DNA of 63,944 nt, counting the filler, from Collodictyon triciliatum (lineage: Eukaryota): the NCBI GenBank assembly GCA_043381765.1. It is 9 parts of 9 records of this genome, joined end to end, with 100 filler letters (N's around TTAATTAATTAA, not from the genome) between each part and the next. Parts side by side here need not be neighbours in the genome. Positions count along the whole stretch, not along the records: positions 27,375 to 36,395 come from JBHJMP010003197.1; positions 36,496 to 45,515 come from JBHJMP010003198.1; 7 more parts are not named here. One strand, 5' to 3'. A model generated the notes under the pieces. The model searched no databases. It was not told where the DNA came from and was given only the letters and a program-made list of their open reading frames with translations. Below, one piece after another: positions 31,930-44,909 of the stretch. Position numbers and translations under genes: made by a program. The number at the start of each line of letters is the position of its first letter. Positions within the stretch are counted from its first letter, which is position 1.

Positions 31930-33700
31930 AGAATTTGTATTCCATCATTGTTCTTATCGTGAGACCAGGCTATTTAATGCGAATCCATATGGATGTGTTG
32001 TTCAAATGGAACTGCGTACCCTGCCATTAATTGAACTTTCATCTATACTTATAATGTTCATTTACAGGGGATTTCGATTTATCTGGGTCATTTCTTTAAA
32101 ATATTAGAGCATATAAAAATGCATTTCACATGAATTCTTTTGGAACATCGAAGAAAATAGTTGCATCAAGATTTTCACACTACCTTTTTTAATTCAAGGC
32201 CGAACACATCATTTAATGGGGTTTCTCCTGTCGATGGAGAAAAGTAAAAAAAAATTCTTCAAATATCGTTTAATGGGAACGAAAATGAGCAAGGTATGTT
32301 GAGTTTCACCAGATTCCAAAGCCATGGTTTGAATTATATTTTTTTAGGCACCAAACATAAATTGCACAAAATTATTATGCAGTATATATTTTCAAAATGG
32401 CTTTAGAAACCTCGAATATCTATAAAGAATTAAAATTAGTCATAACAACTGATAAAGCTCCTGAAGGTGAACAAGAAACAACATTTAATTTCTCAGGTTT
32501 TAATGAAGTAGATATACTGATGGTAGGGAGAACTACATATCAAATGATAATATTATGAAGACGGCAGACCATACTTTTTTTCCTTTATTCGATTCAAGGA
32601 CAACAGAGCAGACTTAAAAGAGGTTTATTTGTGGACATAGACATTATGATGCTCCTCAAAATCCCATAATATGTTGAAAATGTCAATAGATCCATCACTT
32701 TCATACTTACATATTCGATTCCAACAAAAAAGGAGGTCATGGGTAAATAAAAACACAAGTAACGGATATATAGGCACACCATTATGGTTTGATAGGCTGA
32801 AAGAAATACCTTATTGGTAACTAAGAATTTATTTACCCAGTTCTTGGTGGGTATTTATGCAAATTGAATAAGAGAGACTTCTATATTCCCAAAATAACCG
32901 TAAAATCTAAAAAGTATATGATTAATTCCATCTATTAGATGCTTTTTTTCTGATGGAAATATCAAGAACGTAGTAGAATGTTTATTTTACCTTATGAGTA
33001 TGTTGACGAGTCTCATTATATGAACGAGAAAACATAAGGCGCTCTATATTATTTAGGATATTACGGAGCATCTGAGCTTTTTATAACATTTACATATAAT
33101 TCTTTATGGAAAGAAAGAACCGACAATCTTTTCGAATGACACTGGTTCACTCAAAGACTCGATATAATTGTGAGTGTACTTTATCTTAAATTTAAAACAT
33201 CTATCTGATTGTAAATAATAGCATATTTAGTTTAGTAGAGGCTCAAATCTATACTATGTAATGGTAAAAGAGGGTTCTGATTCACGCACAAATTTCGATT
33301 TGGATTGAAAATCGCATACTCCAAGACAGGGTCGATGAAATTATATACACAAAACTGCCGGGCTAGTAATATGACCCAATCATTCAGGATATTGCAAAAC
33401 AGAATATGGTGCTTAAACCGTGTATTGTTTAGATTAAAAAATCTTTATGGCTAAAAATATAACGGCACTAAAATATGTCCAAGGAATTTTGCTTCTGAAA
33501 CTCAAATCATTGCTGATCTGTATCCCACCTTTCTTTGAAGGTCCCATTATATGAAGGATTATCTTTTACTACACTTAAGCGTGGTAAAACTATAAATGTA
33601 GACAACAGATGCACTGGCTTATAGTTCTATGTTAGTGAAATTTTCAAAACACATATTAATATATAAAACTAAATGATAGAAATTGTGATAAACTATGAAT
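31930..33700 (+). mobile_element. Degenerate Helitron Rep (HUH endonuclease) relic
   Basis: Collinear broken motifs: MCCSNG (31993), AFHMNSF, TFLIQGRTHHLMG, DKAPEGE...FN...NEVDILMVG, SYVDESHYMNEK*...YGASELFITFTYNSLWKE (~33000-33115), RLDIIVSVL, YTM*W*KRVLIHAQISIW (33250-33305; consensus YxIEWQKRGLPHAHILIW), VDEII..KLP, NMVLKPC, INVDNR...HIN. Confidence 0.82.
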
Positions 33701-35424
33701 AATGCCTCATTATACAAGTATCCGACTTAAAGTCGTAGTATAATTGCAATAATTTTGAATTATTGTCCAGCATCTAACCCTCTACATTTGTGGAAAAGGC
33801 ACACATTATTTATAAGTGAATATATTCTACATCAAACTCGACTGCTAAGGTTACATGACATATGAGTTCTAATAAATGGCGTAGGACAAAGCACTTTAAA
33901 AAAATAGGTTGCTGAGGATAGAAAAATTACGCCGCTTATTCATATTTAGAAAGCTTATTCTAATTACATAAGTACATAATATTGTTTCTTTATTTTCCTT
34001 CATTCATGGCACTTCTTTGGTGACAAAGCCGAGATGGTGAAAATTTGGAAGGTACGTATTTCGGATAGGATTCACAAAGTTGCTCAACACACAGTCTTTT
34101 CATTCTCTCGCTTTTTTTTTTCTCGCTTCATTATTGATGTTAGATGCAATCATATCTTACGCGAGACATTAAGTTATTTTCTGCCTTTTTTTGATTTCTA
34201 AATTACAATGAAACAAACCCTGTCCAAGTGGATAGGAGAGCAAAGGCAATTCACCATTTTGTGCGTGATTAGTGCTCGTGGCTTCTAACAAAAAGAGGGG
34301 GAAAGGCAAAAAAAAAAAAAAAGAAGTTAAAAATACTTTTTAATATCATCGAAGAAATCTCTTTATTAAATTTTGTTTTGTGAATTCCTTGAAGGATAAC
34401 TAACAATGTGCTTACAAGGGGTCTTCACCGATTTACGCTGATTCTAATTGTGCGCTGAAGTAGTTGCAATCATATTTCTTATTTTTCTTTCTTACGAGGG
34501 ATAATGCCATAGATTTTTTACACCATTTTCCCTCCTGTTTCAAAAGCAGGATTGGATAATTTTCATGACTTGATTTGATATCTTGGATTGTTTTTTTACT
34601 TTTATTCCGCCCATCAGGCACGGGGCAGAGTCAACGGTGAAAATGCTAGTTTCACACACAATTAAAAACAAAGTGCTTATTACCGTCGCAGCAAACTGTT
34701 GTGTGTTTCGTTTCCCCTCCCTGTTTTTCTTCTAGGGAGCTGGAAGGACAACACTGACGCCGCGAAAAGAAACGAAAAAATGAAAAAACCAAAAAACCAA
34801 AAAACCAAAAAACCAAAAAACCAAAAAACCAAAAAACCGAAAAACGAAAAAACGAAAAAACGAAAAAACGAAAGAAAGGAAAGAAAGGAAAAGAAAAGAA
34901 AGAAGCGTTTAAAATCCAACCAACAGTTTAGCCGTCTCGCCGAGTGGTTCACTCACAAAAAAAAAAGCCGCCAGCCAAGAATGTCACGCCCTCCCTCTGG
35001 ACAAGGTTTTTTCAGGCTTGCACCTTTTCCCACTCTTCTCTTCCCTTTTCTTCTTTTTTATCTCTCCTTTACTCAACCAACAAGCGTAGAGGCGAAACTC
35101 CTTTTTTTTTTTTTTTGGCCATCAGATATTTGTATCTTCCTTTATGCAACCCAGCGGACTTGGGGCAACATAAGTCGGTGCATTCTTGACGAGAAGCTTG
35201 GCTCCTCCTTTCTATCAGCTGACTCTAAACTCATTTTTTTAATTATTATTAAGCACCTCCTAATCCGCGGCGAAGACGATCATTTCAGCAGGGACCGGCT
35301 GTGTGTTTCTTATCTTATTCTAGCATATCCCCGCCGACCCATTTTACCTATATCGATGACTTTTTCGACACTGTGAGGCAAATTCATATATATGTATATT
35401 TCATGGCATCATTTTCTCTCGATA

Positions 35425-36175
35425 GGTTATTCAGAAGCGCACACCTTCTCTATCAAAAATAAACGAGAATCTCGGAAAGCACAATAGTTCGTCTCGGTAA
35501 GGAAAACTACTTTTTATGGCGAATGAGAAAGGATTGATGACATAAGATAAAAAAGAGAATGGTGATTATTGTAAACTCACTATGGGGCTATAATTGAAAA
35601 TTAAAGAAGTATTTGCCGTGTAGACTGTCTTTGCCACTATCACAGGATGCAGATAGTTCTGAGAAGGGGTATGTGAATCGCAGAATAATCTGGACATTAT
35701 AGAAATCTAATAACTTTTATCGCTTACTAACATTTAGGATGGTTTATTATTCGCTAGTATGTTTTGATAAATTTCACACAACCAACCTTTTTTTAATTGA
35801 ATAAGCGACCCTTTATTCAAAATAGGGATTTTGGGATTCAGATGAGAAATGCTTATCCTTCGCTTATTGTATATATTTTAATTTATCTTGTTGCATGTCG
35901 TTTTTATATAAATACACAAATGATACGTATTCAATGCATCGTCCCATTTTATTCTCTTTTTAATATTGATGAATATTCAAGTCTTTAAACGTAACACAAG
36001 TCATGATTTTAGCTTTCTATGATGGAGCCACGATATTTATGTTGACTTTTTTCTCCGTTCACTTCAAAGGATGCAGGAACAGTGTCTGAATGGGCTCGAA
36101 ACGTGAGAATGCTCATGCAAACCAAGGCCGAGGAAAGTAGACAATCAGATTTGCTTGAGTTAGACACCCTCAAAG
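35425..36175 (+). CDS. Partial multi-exon gene of unknown function, truncated at contig end
   Basis: Small AG/GT-bounded exons (35425-35496, 35646-35668, 36070-36175: DAGTVSEWARNVRMLMQTKAEE...). Confidence 0.35.
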
Positions 36176-36274
36176 TAATATATTTGTCTTTGGCTACTTT
36201 TAGAAATAGCGTTTCATTTTTTCACTCTTATACCAGATTTTGTTGCAATCATGACATGTTCTCATTCCTCGTCC

Positions 36275-36395
36275 TTTTCTTTTCTTTTCTTTTCTTTTCT
36301 TTTTTTCTTTTCTTTTCTTTTCTTTTCTTTTCTTTTCTTTTCTTTTCTTTTCTTTTCTTTTCTTTTCTTTTCTTTTCTTTTCTTTTTTCTTTTCT
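36275..36395. repeat. (TTTTC)n microsatellite; related purine-rich tracts at 36496-36660 and 45223-45515
   Basis: Direct inspection. Confidence 0.95.
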
Positions 36396-37063
36396 NNNNN
36401 NNNNNNNNNNNNNNNNNNNNNNNNNNNNNNNNNNNNNNNTTAATTAATTAANNNNNNNNNNNNNNNNNNNNNNNNNNNNNNNNNNNNNNNNNNNNGAAGA
36501 AAAGAAGAGAAGAAAAGAAGAGAAGAAAAGAAGAGAAGAAAAGAAGAGAAGAAAAGAAGAGAAGAAAAGAAGAGAAGAAAAGAAGAGAAGAAAAAAAGAG
36601 AAGAAAAGAAGAGAAGAAAAAAGAGAAGAAAAAAAGAGAAAAAGAGAAAAAGAGAAAAAGAAAATGGTGTTTTAGTTGCCCAGACGAAGCATAGCAATCG
36701 AACTTGAAAGACTAAAAGCCACCGTCGCAGTCGAACAAAAAAGCATCGAAGCGCTCCACAAAGGCGTTGTAGTCAGACGGTTCCAAACGCTGGGTCATTT
36801 TCTTTAAAGGCGGCGTCAGAGGCAGAGAAACAAACCCGACAACAACAGAAGTGGCAGATGCAAACAATAATCAGCTCAACTTTCCTTTGTTTTCAATATG
36901 CGCCATACAAAGCAGGCTCCAAATAACCTCACTGTGCAAAGACAAGAAAAAACAACAACAACAACAACAACAAATAAACAAGAAGCTATACTAAAGGCAA
37001 GCTGAAGGAAAAGGAAGAAGGAAAAAAGAAAAAGAGAAAAGGAAAAGAGACAAGACAGCCGCG

Positions 37064-38122
37064 ATGCAGCGCTCCGTCAAAGTGCCCGACTCATGGGAAG
37101 CAAGATCCTCCACAAAAGCACAAACACAAGGAAAGTCCTCCACGGATGCGGCGGCCTCTGAAGCAGCGCTTGAGAAGCCGAGTCTCGAGGAGTACTGCGC
37201 ACGGCTCGATCGACAGTTGATCGAAGGGTTTTTCAATCAGCGCCTTCGGTCGATCAGCCTCAAGTTTGAAGCAGAGATGGACAAGTTTATCGCAAACAAA
37301 GGGTCGGAAGATTTCACCCTTGGCATATTTTTTTCCCCCTCCTTCGTAGACTCTTTTTCTCTAATGTTTGCGCCTTTCTTCCTCCTGTATATATACATCT
37401 ATATTTACATATTTATATTCGTGTTTTTCTTTCATTCTCATATTTATATCTTCTTTTTCCGCTATGGACGGAGGAATGACATAAACCGTACACACACACA
37501 GGGCTTCGACGCTGAGTTTACCGCAAATGTCGCAGCAGAATGCACGTATTGTTTATGCTGTTTGCGAATTGTACAACATTTCGGTGTCGCCTCCAGCGGA
37601 TCAAGTTTGGTTTAGTACATCACAAAGCACATCACAGAGTACCTCACAGAGTACATCACAGTCTGGGATGGAACTGAGAAAGACAAGCTCATCTAGAAGG
37701 TTTAGCCCCGTGAATATCATAACACGGGAACGCTGCATACTGTGATGATTGCTTTTGTCTATGTTTATTCACAATATTATGGGCTATCTCAATTCATAAA
37801 AGCACATGCCATTTATTTATTTATGATGACGACGATGGTGATTATTAGGCCAGCCTATACACTTGGAGAATGCATCCGGCATCTTGGAATTGAAATCGTC
37901 TCACAATCAACCACCCAAACTGCACAGTCAAAGACAGCAGAGGAGCAGCGCATGCGCTTGGTTTCTCGAAAAGATGATGCAGACGCAACATATCGCAACA
38001 CGAAAGAGTCCTCAAAAACTGCAGCTTCGACAAAAGTTCCGCAAAAGTCGCTGGAGGAAAGAGAGGAAGAATATCGACGTGCGCGAGCAGCAATATTTCA
38101 AGAGAAAGAAAGACAGGTCTGA
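37064..38122 (+). CDS. R3H-like + SUZ domain RNA-binding protein (3 exons)
   Basis: VPDSWE N-terminus; LKFEAEMDKFI; LSLPQMSQQNARIVYAVCELYNI (R3H-like); SUZ signature KSLEEREEEYRRARAAIF. Confidence 0.8.
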
Positions 38123-39867
38123 CAAATATCTATTCAGCTATGAACGAGTAAGAAAAAATGATATTAATTTATTTTTTTTTAAACAATACGCTACAAAGTT
38201 TCGCACATAAACCAAATTTCATTCTTGATTTGTTTAAGTGATAATTCTTTTTACACCCTTTTAATCATAATCCTACAACCAAATGTATTTAAATGGAATG
38301 AAAGCAATAAATCCTAACTTATTGTGACTATAGGCGGAATTAAAATCACAGAGTCCACAAGAACAAAAACAAGGTGAATTTCGACACGGAACTGATTCTT
38401 GGACAATAATAATTTTATTCTCTAGACAACCCAGCATCACTAGACTGAGTTTTTTTTATAGAAAAAATTGTACGACAAACAAACATTCCGAAACCTCAAG
38501 GCGAAGCGAATCAGAAAGACGGTGCTGTTTATAACCGGTAGTTTGTTTAATCTCTTTAGACAACTAACTAGTGAATGTCTTTAAACTGTAAATATAAATT
38601 GGATGACACAAGAGATGTCGTGGTGTTCCTGGCAAAAACAAAAAAAAGCAAAAAAAAAAAANNNNNNNNNNNNNNNNNNNNNNNNNNNNNNNNNNNNNNN
38701 NNNNNNNNNNNNNNNNNNNNNNNNNNNNNNNNNNNNNNNNNNNNNNNNNNNNNNNNNNNNNNNNNNNNNNNNNNNNNNNNNNNNNNNNNNNNNNNNNNNN
38801 NNNNNNNNNNNNNNNNNNNNNNNNNNNNNNNNNNNNNNNNNNNNNNNNNNNNNNNNNNNNNNNNNNNNNNNNNNNNNNNNNNNNNNNNNNNNNNNNNNNN
38901 NNNNNNNNNNNNNNNNNNNNNNNNNNNNNNNNNNNNNNNNNNNNNNNNNNNNNNNNNNNNNNNNNNNNNNNNNNNNNNNNNNNNNNNNNNNNNNNNNNNN
39001 NNNNNNNNNNNNNNNNNNNNNNNNNNNNNNNNNNNNNNNNNNNNNNNNNNNNNNNNNNNNNNNNNNNNNNNNNNNNNNNNNNNNNNNNNNNNNNNNNNNN
39101 NNNNNNNNNNNNNNNNNNNNNNNNNNNNNNNNNNGGGATTACAACCATTCCTTTAAAGTGTTTAATATACGGTACTAAAAGTACAATTTTAATATACAAA
39201 AGGCGGAAGTGCGCAAAAAATCTGTCCCTCTAGACTGTCACCAAAGTTCCATTTTTGTAATTTTTCAGCGTATGTCTCGTGATTTGACATGATCCGAAAA
39301 CACAAATCTGATCAAATCGGATCGTGAGCGAATCAGAAAGAGTTGTGTGACGTGAACAAAGGAATCAAGAATCAAGGAAAAAACAAAGAAAAAGGAGCAA
39401 AAGCGAGGCACATGAAACATAAGATGAGTAGCAAGAAGCCAGAAGACATAGTCTCAAAACAGCCGATAAGAAGACTTCTAAGTCCACTTTCTTTGATCCT
39501 TCCATTCGAAACTGAGAATGAATTTAAGCTCCGCTTCTAAGAAAGAAAGAAGGGGAAAAATAAAAACTAAATAACCGACTCTCCGCTTCAGATTTCTTTC
39601 GCTTCCAGGCAGTTTTCTTGCTTAGTGCTATCAAGTCATTCCGCAGCACAATCCAACGGGGCTCCCATTCCGGCTTCGAACTATATTGGCTGAAGCGAGA
39701 CGAGCCACCCACGAGTTGTATCATGATTCCTGTCCTGACACAAGGATTTGTTTTTGGCGTAGGTTTGAACCCTCGAGAGTAATTTTAAAGAAGGGGCGAA
39801 AGACGAGGAGGTCGAAAGAAGCGTCAAACACAGACTCAGCCAGGGCCACAAAGAGACACAAATAACG

Positions 39868-41343
39868 ATGGAAGAAGAATACGAAGGAGCCACCTTACGT
39901 GAGCCTTAAACCCCCGTCTTGATACTCTTCGCTTGCCGCTCACCCAGTCTCCTCCTCATTCCTCCTTTCTTGCACCATGCAACGCGTTTTTTTTTCTTTT
40001 CTTCTTTCTGAGGCATTGTAATCAAAACACAATTGAAGGCCCTCTCTCTCTTTTTCTTTTTCCTTCTTGTTTGTTACTTTGCAGAGGCTGATGAATAATT
40101 GAAAATGTGAAAAGAATGTTCTAAAACCTCGATATTAAACTCTTTTTTTCTTTTTCTTTTTCTTTTTCTTTTTTTCCTCTTCTTTTCTTTTTATTTTTCT
40201 TTCTCTTTTTATTTATTTTTTTTTGTTATAATTCAAACGCGCCACAACAAAGCCGAACAGCTGATCGGTGCTTCAAAGAGCGGAAATGAAACGCTTGTCC
40301 GCGAGGTTAGTTTGTCAGAGCACCCTTTTCTACTTTAACCCTCAAGCGTGACCCTTTCAACGCAAGTATTCTGGGCGGATAATATGATACGTTTGGTTAT
40401 CGTATACTTTATCATGTTCTAATCATCTGCTCATATTTTTTTTCTGTGAGCAATTTTATCTGCTGTGTTAATGTTCCGTGTCTTTTGTTGCAATAAAGCT
40501 TCTGAAAAAGAACCCGAGGATGAACGTCAACGCAGGCGATCCCCTCGGAAACACCGCCTTGCACTGGGCATGCGCGAACGAGCGTGAAGAAATCGTACAC
40601 TTGATTTACTTATTAATTTATGCTATATATTAAAGGAAAAGAACTCAAATACATGAACAAGCAGAGCAGAAGATACATGAATATATTTATATACCTCTAC
40701 CTGCCTTGATTACACGCATTATTACTATTCAGCACATTCTATTTTCAAGCTACCGCACAAAAGAAAAGAAGGAATAATGAATAATGAACACAAATGAACA
40801 TGCTCATATGGATTCAAAACTAGGTCCGGGTTCTTCTCTCACATCCTTCAACAAACGTGGAGAAAGCAAACTTTGCCGGAGACACACCGCTGCACAAAGC
40901 CGCAGCGACAAACAATCTGGCCATTGTGCGAGCCTTGGTGGCCGGTCGCGTATGTCTTTCCTATTCGCTCCATTCACACAAAGTCATCCTTTTTTCTTTT
41001 CTTCTTCTTGACGCTGAAAGCATCAACAATTATGAGAGGATTACTCAGACATGCATTTATTTCTATTCTGCTATGTGAATTCCCACCAAATATATGGCTA
41101 CCATCTCCCAGGCGAGTGTTGTGGCAACAAACAAGGCCAACCGAAAGCCGGTCCATCTGGTCAAAACGACAAATACGTAAGAAAGGAACAGTCATGCATT
41201 CTTTCTTTCATTCCCCTTTCTCTTCCTCCAGAGCGACATCACAACCCAAGGGAAAACCAAACCAAACAAAACAAAACAAAACAAAAAAAACCAGATATTA
41301 TCCCTTGAATCCTGCGTCTGTTTTCATCTCCATCATGTTTCTC

Positions 41344-41437
<94 letters not shown>

Positions 41438-41761
41438 TATATTTGTTTTGTTTTGTTTTGTTTTGTTTTGTTTTGTTTTGTTTTGTTTTGTTTTGTTTTG
41501 TTTTGTTTTGTTTTGTTTTGTTTTGTTTTGTTTTGTTTTCCTCTGCTTTTCTTTCTTTCTTCACGTTGTTTTTCATCGCTCTGTCGAGCCACCCACAATA
41601 TATCCCGCCAATCACAGGAGAGATACTGACGGCGTTCTTTTGCTCTTGCGCATAATCTTTTCTCATGCAGCGAGCTACTCACCTATCTCCAGGACGTCGA
41701 GCGAAGCCGCTGTGTCGGTGCCGACGAGGTTGTCTCGGACGATGAGGAGGCCGAAAAATAA
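39868..41761 (+). CDS. Small ankyrin-repeat protein, fungal YCR051W-like (6 exons)
   Basis: Spliced product MEEEYEGATLPEQLIGASKSGNETLVRELL...DPLGNTALHWAC...NFAGDTPLHKAA...NKANRKPVHL...VVSDDEEAEK*. Confidence 0.8.
41341..41539. repeat. Intronic compound (CT)n + (TTTTG)n microsatellite
   Basis: Direct inspection. Confidence 0.95.
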
Positions 41762-42142
41762 AATCAAAAATAAAGTCGAATCAAATCTATGATATTATAT
41801 TTATCTGGCTATATAGATAAACATAAGATAAAATAAAATCACACCCACAAACCTGAACTCCGCAACAAAGCAGCGCCTGAAAGCCGCAGCTGAGGGGCTT
41901 TGTCCCAACGAAACACGCCCAAGTCCCGCCTGTCTCTCGCCCATCGCCTTTCCCTTAGCCATTCTCCAGTTCCCAAACACACTTCGAATTCCCAGACTCT
42001 CTTCCACTCCAGATTCTTTCAAAGCAGCTTCCACTTTCCCACTCACTTTCCTCCAAAGCAGCTTCCACTTTCCCACTCACTCTTTCCCCCTTATCCGATT
42101 CAAAGCACTTTCCCACCCCTTTTCCTCCAAAGCAGGCGCGCT

Positions 42143-42808
42143 ATGCTCTCGCTCCTTGCCCAGCTGATCTCGCTGATCCTTGCCCTGAGTCTGTTCCTGG
42201 TCGGCCTGACGGAATGGACGCAAGTGACGTACTACTGGGAATGCCCGCTGCCCTGCAACAACGGCCTCTGCCACACAAACCTGCTGTTTACCCTGCAGGG
42301 CTTCCACAACATCACAGAGTGCACGGGCTCCTCCTTGGCTCGCTCCCTGCCTCCCGACTTCTCTCGCGCACCGCCCCAGCTGTTTGATCCTGCTTCGATC
42401 GGGCCGCGTGTCCTGGGCACTCTTCTGTCCTTGGCCACAAAGGCTGGCTGGTGGGCTGATCTCTTTCTTTTTTTTTCTTTCGACTTCTTTTGCTTTTGCT
42501 TTTGCTTTTGCTTTATGTAATTTTTTGTACGCTGTGCTTTGTCCTTTTTTATTTGTCTCATTTCGGTATTAATGTTTCTTTTTATTCTTCCTTTCAGTTT
42601 TGTATCTCGGTATTAATGTTATATTTTCAAGACTTTCATTTTTCAGTTATTTGATTACATTTCCATCTCATGATCATACTTTTCTTTTCGTGTGTTATTG
42701 TCTTTACAAAGATTTACTATCATCATTATAATCACTACATAAATTATCGCCAGTATTTATTATCATTTCTATTATCACCTCTATTGTCATCACCACCATC
42801 ACCATCAC

Positions 42809-42881
<73 letters not shown>

Positions 42882-43697
42882 GCCATCACTATCATTATCA
42901 TTATCATTATTTTGCAATTACATAATCGAATAACGACCCATCTCTGCCGCTTTTATCCCGCTCGCTTATTACCTTTCACCGCGCAGCGCCGTATTGTCGC
43001 ACAGCCGAGCGGAAGAAGGCGACGGCATCATCACCACCACCACCACCATCAGCAGCAGCAGCAGCGAGACGATCAAGCTCGACACCGTCACAGACTACAA
43101 GTCATGCGACTTGGCTCTGTGCAAAGGCGTCTTGGAACACGTGGAGTTTCTCTTCCCGCTCTGGGTCATCGGCTTCCTCGTCTGCACACTCGCCTCGTTC
43201 TTACAGATATACCTGCACGCACGGGTCCACGAAATCTGCCTCAGCCGGATGGCTCTGACTCTGCGCAACCGCGTCCGTCTGATGGCCTCGTTTGTCTGGT
43301 TCGCCTCGGCGGTCATTGCGGCGCTCCTGGTTGCGTGGTGGCAGCAGGCCGTCCACCCGGACCTTTGCAACGACGCCGAGGACGAACTGCGCGGGAAGTT
43401 CTCGTTCGACTGCAGAGTCAGCGCGTCGCTTCGCGGGATTCTCCTCGTCATTGGCGGCGCATTGGCATATTCGATTCTGCATGTCTATGCCGTGATAAAG
43501 GACAACGGCCGAGTTGCGGCGTCCTTGAACGCAGGTTTGTTCTATCTGCAGGCGTATTGTTGTTAGGATTATGGTCATTATTTTGCATCGAGGGGTTCGT
43601 CCCAATAGCAAATGAGCCTATTTTTATTGTACCCTGTGCAGGATACACGGAGATAGATGAGGAGCGGCAAAAAGACCCAGTCATCATATCTTTCTAG
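42143..43697 (+). CDS. Four-TM membrane protein with a Cys-rich first loop (claudin/PMP22-like topology), multi-exon
   Basis: TM1 then W..., Cys-rich loop, three more hydrophobic segments (43150-43495), short tail exon GYTEIDEERQKDPVIISF*; GC-rich exons. Confidence 0.6.
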
Positions 43698-44213
43698 AAT
43701 GTCAAGATAATCTCGATTGCAAGAAAATAATTAGGTCGCCCTATTATTTAAGCCGATTCAGTATTGTCCATCTCACAGCTTTTTGATATATTTTCTTTTC
43801 TAGTTTACCTTACCATCCTCTTTATCTTGATTGGTGAGAAATAGATTCTTTATTAAATAAATCACTTGAAACGATCGAGTATAAGTTGAATTGATAACAG
43901 AGTTTCCAATTGGAGGCTAATGTTCGACCATACTTTGGTCTTGAGTTCAAAATTATATCTATTCTTTTATTATGCGCACATTAAACATAAAGTCGCACAA
44001 TTCACTGTGCATCCCTTATTTTATTTTATTCTATTTTATTCCATCAGAGAGCAACGACCACGCGAACCTTATCTACAATTCTATTCTCATTTCTTTTCGT
44101 CGTATCTCATTGGTCAGACCACGCTGTTGCAACGCATAAACAAGATATTCAGATTATTTGGATGCGTGTAATAAGATAATAAAAACAATAGTAATGTTGA
44201 AGATATGCCAGCA

Positions 44214-44909
44214 CTACAAATAAATCAGCCATTCTTTGTCATAATAAACCACCAATCTAAACAAACCGCTCTTCAGCTTCGGCTTCGAATCCGGCTCCAC
44301 ATAGACGGACGTGCCCGACTCCATGCTTTCCACTTCCAAAGACTCTTCAATCCTCTGCAGCTCAGCCTATTGATTACGAGAGAAAAGGAAAAAATATATA
44401 GAAAACAGGCAGATTCAATGCATCATCATCACAATCATCATCATCATCAAACACAACACCTGCTCCTGTCTGCGATAATACTCGTCCAGAATATACTGGT
44501 ACTTTGGTCCGGTCACCCCAAAGAAATCGGCCAGCTTCTCGCCCATGTAGTCGATCCCTTTTGCCCAAAATGAAGGTGAAATGAAAGCAACAGTAAAGAC
44601 AAAGACAAAGGCAAAGACAAAGGCAAAAGCTGAGAAGTCAAGGTGAAAGCAAAGGTGAAAGCAAAAGGCTTCATCACCTGCCAAGAGAACGCCGCCGACA
44701 TATACGACCGAGTCGAGAGATCTTTGCAAAGTGGACGACTCTGCCGTGCTGTTTGCCTCTGACGAGGAGGCTCCGGCTTCTGCATCAGCCTTGTTTTCGG
44801 CTTCGGCTTCGACTCTTTGCCGCATCGTCTTTGCCTTACTCGACGCAAACTGTCCGGTCTGGAGATCCACCTCAACAAGCTCAGAGTCCTTCTCGGCAGC
44901 GCCTTTCAT
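44214..44909 (-). CDS. FAM177: FAM177 family protein (at least 3 exons; 3' end uncertain)
   Basis: IDYMGEKLADFFGVTGPKYQYILDEYYR matches the FAM177 core D.LGEK.A..LGI..PKYQY.IDEY.R. Confidence 0.85.

Noticed and set aside
39755-39785. tRNA-like GGTTCAAAC on the minus strand
   Set aside because: The T-stem does not pair and no cloverleaf is evident
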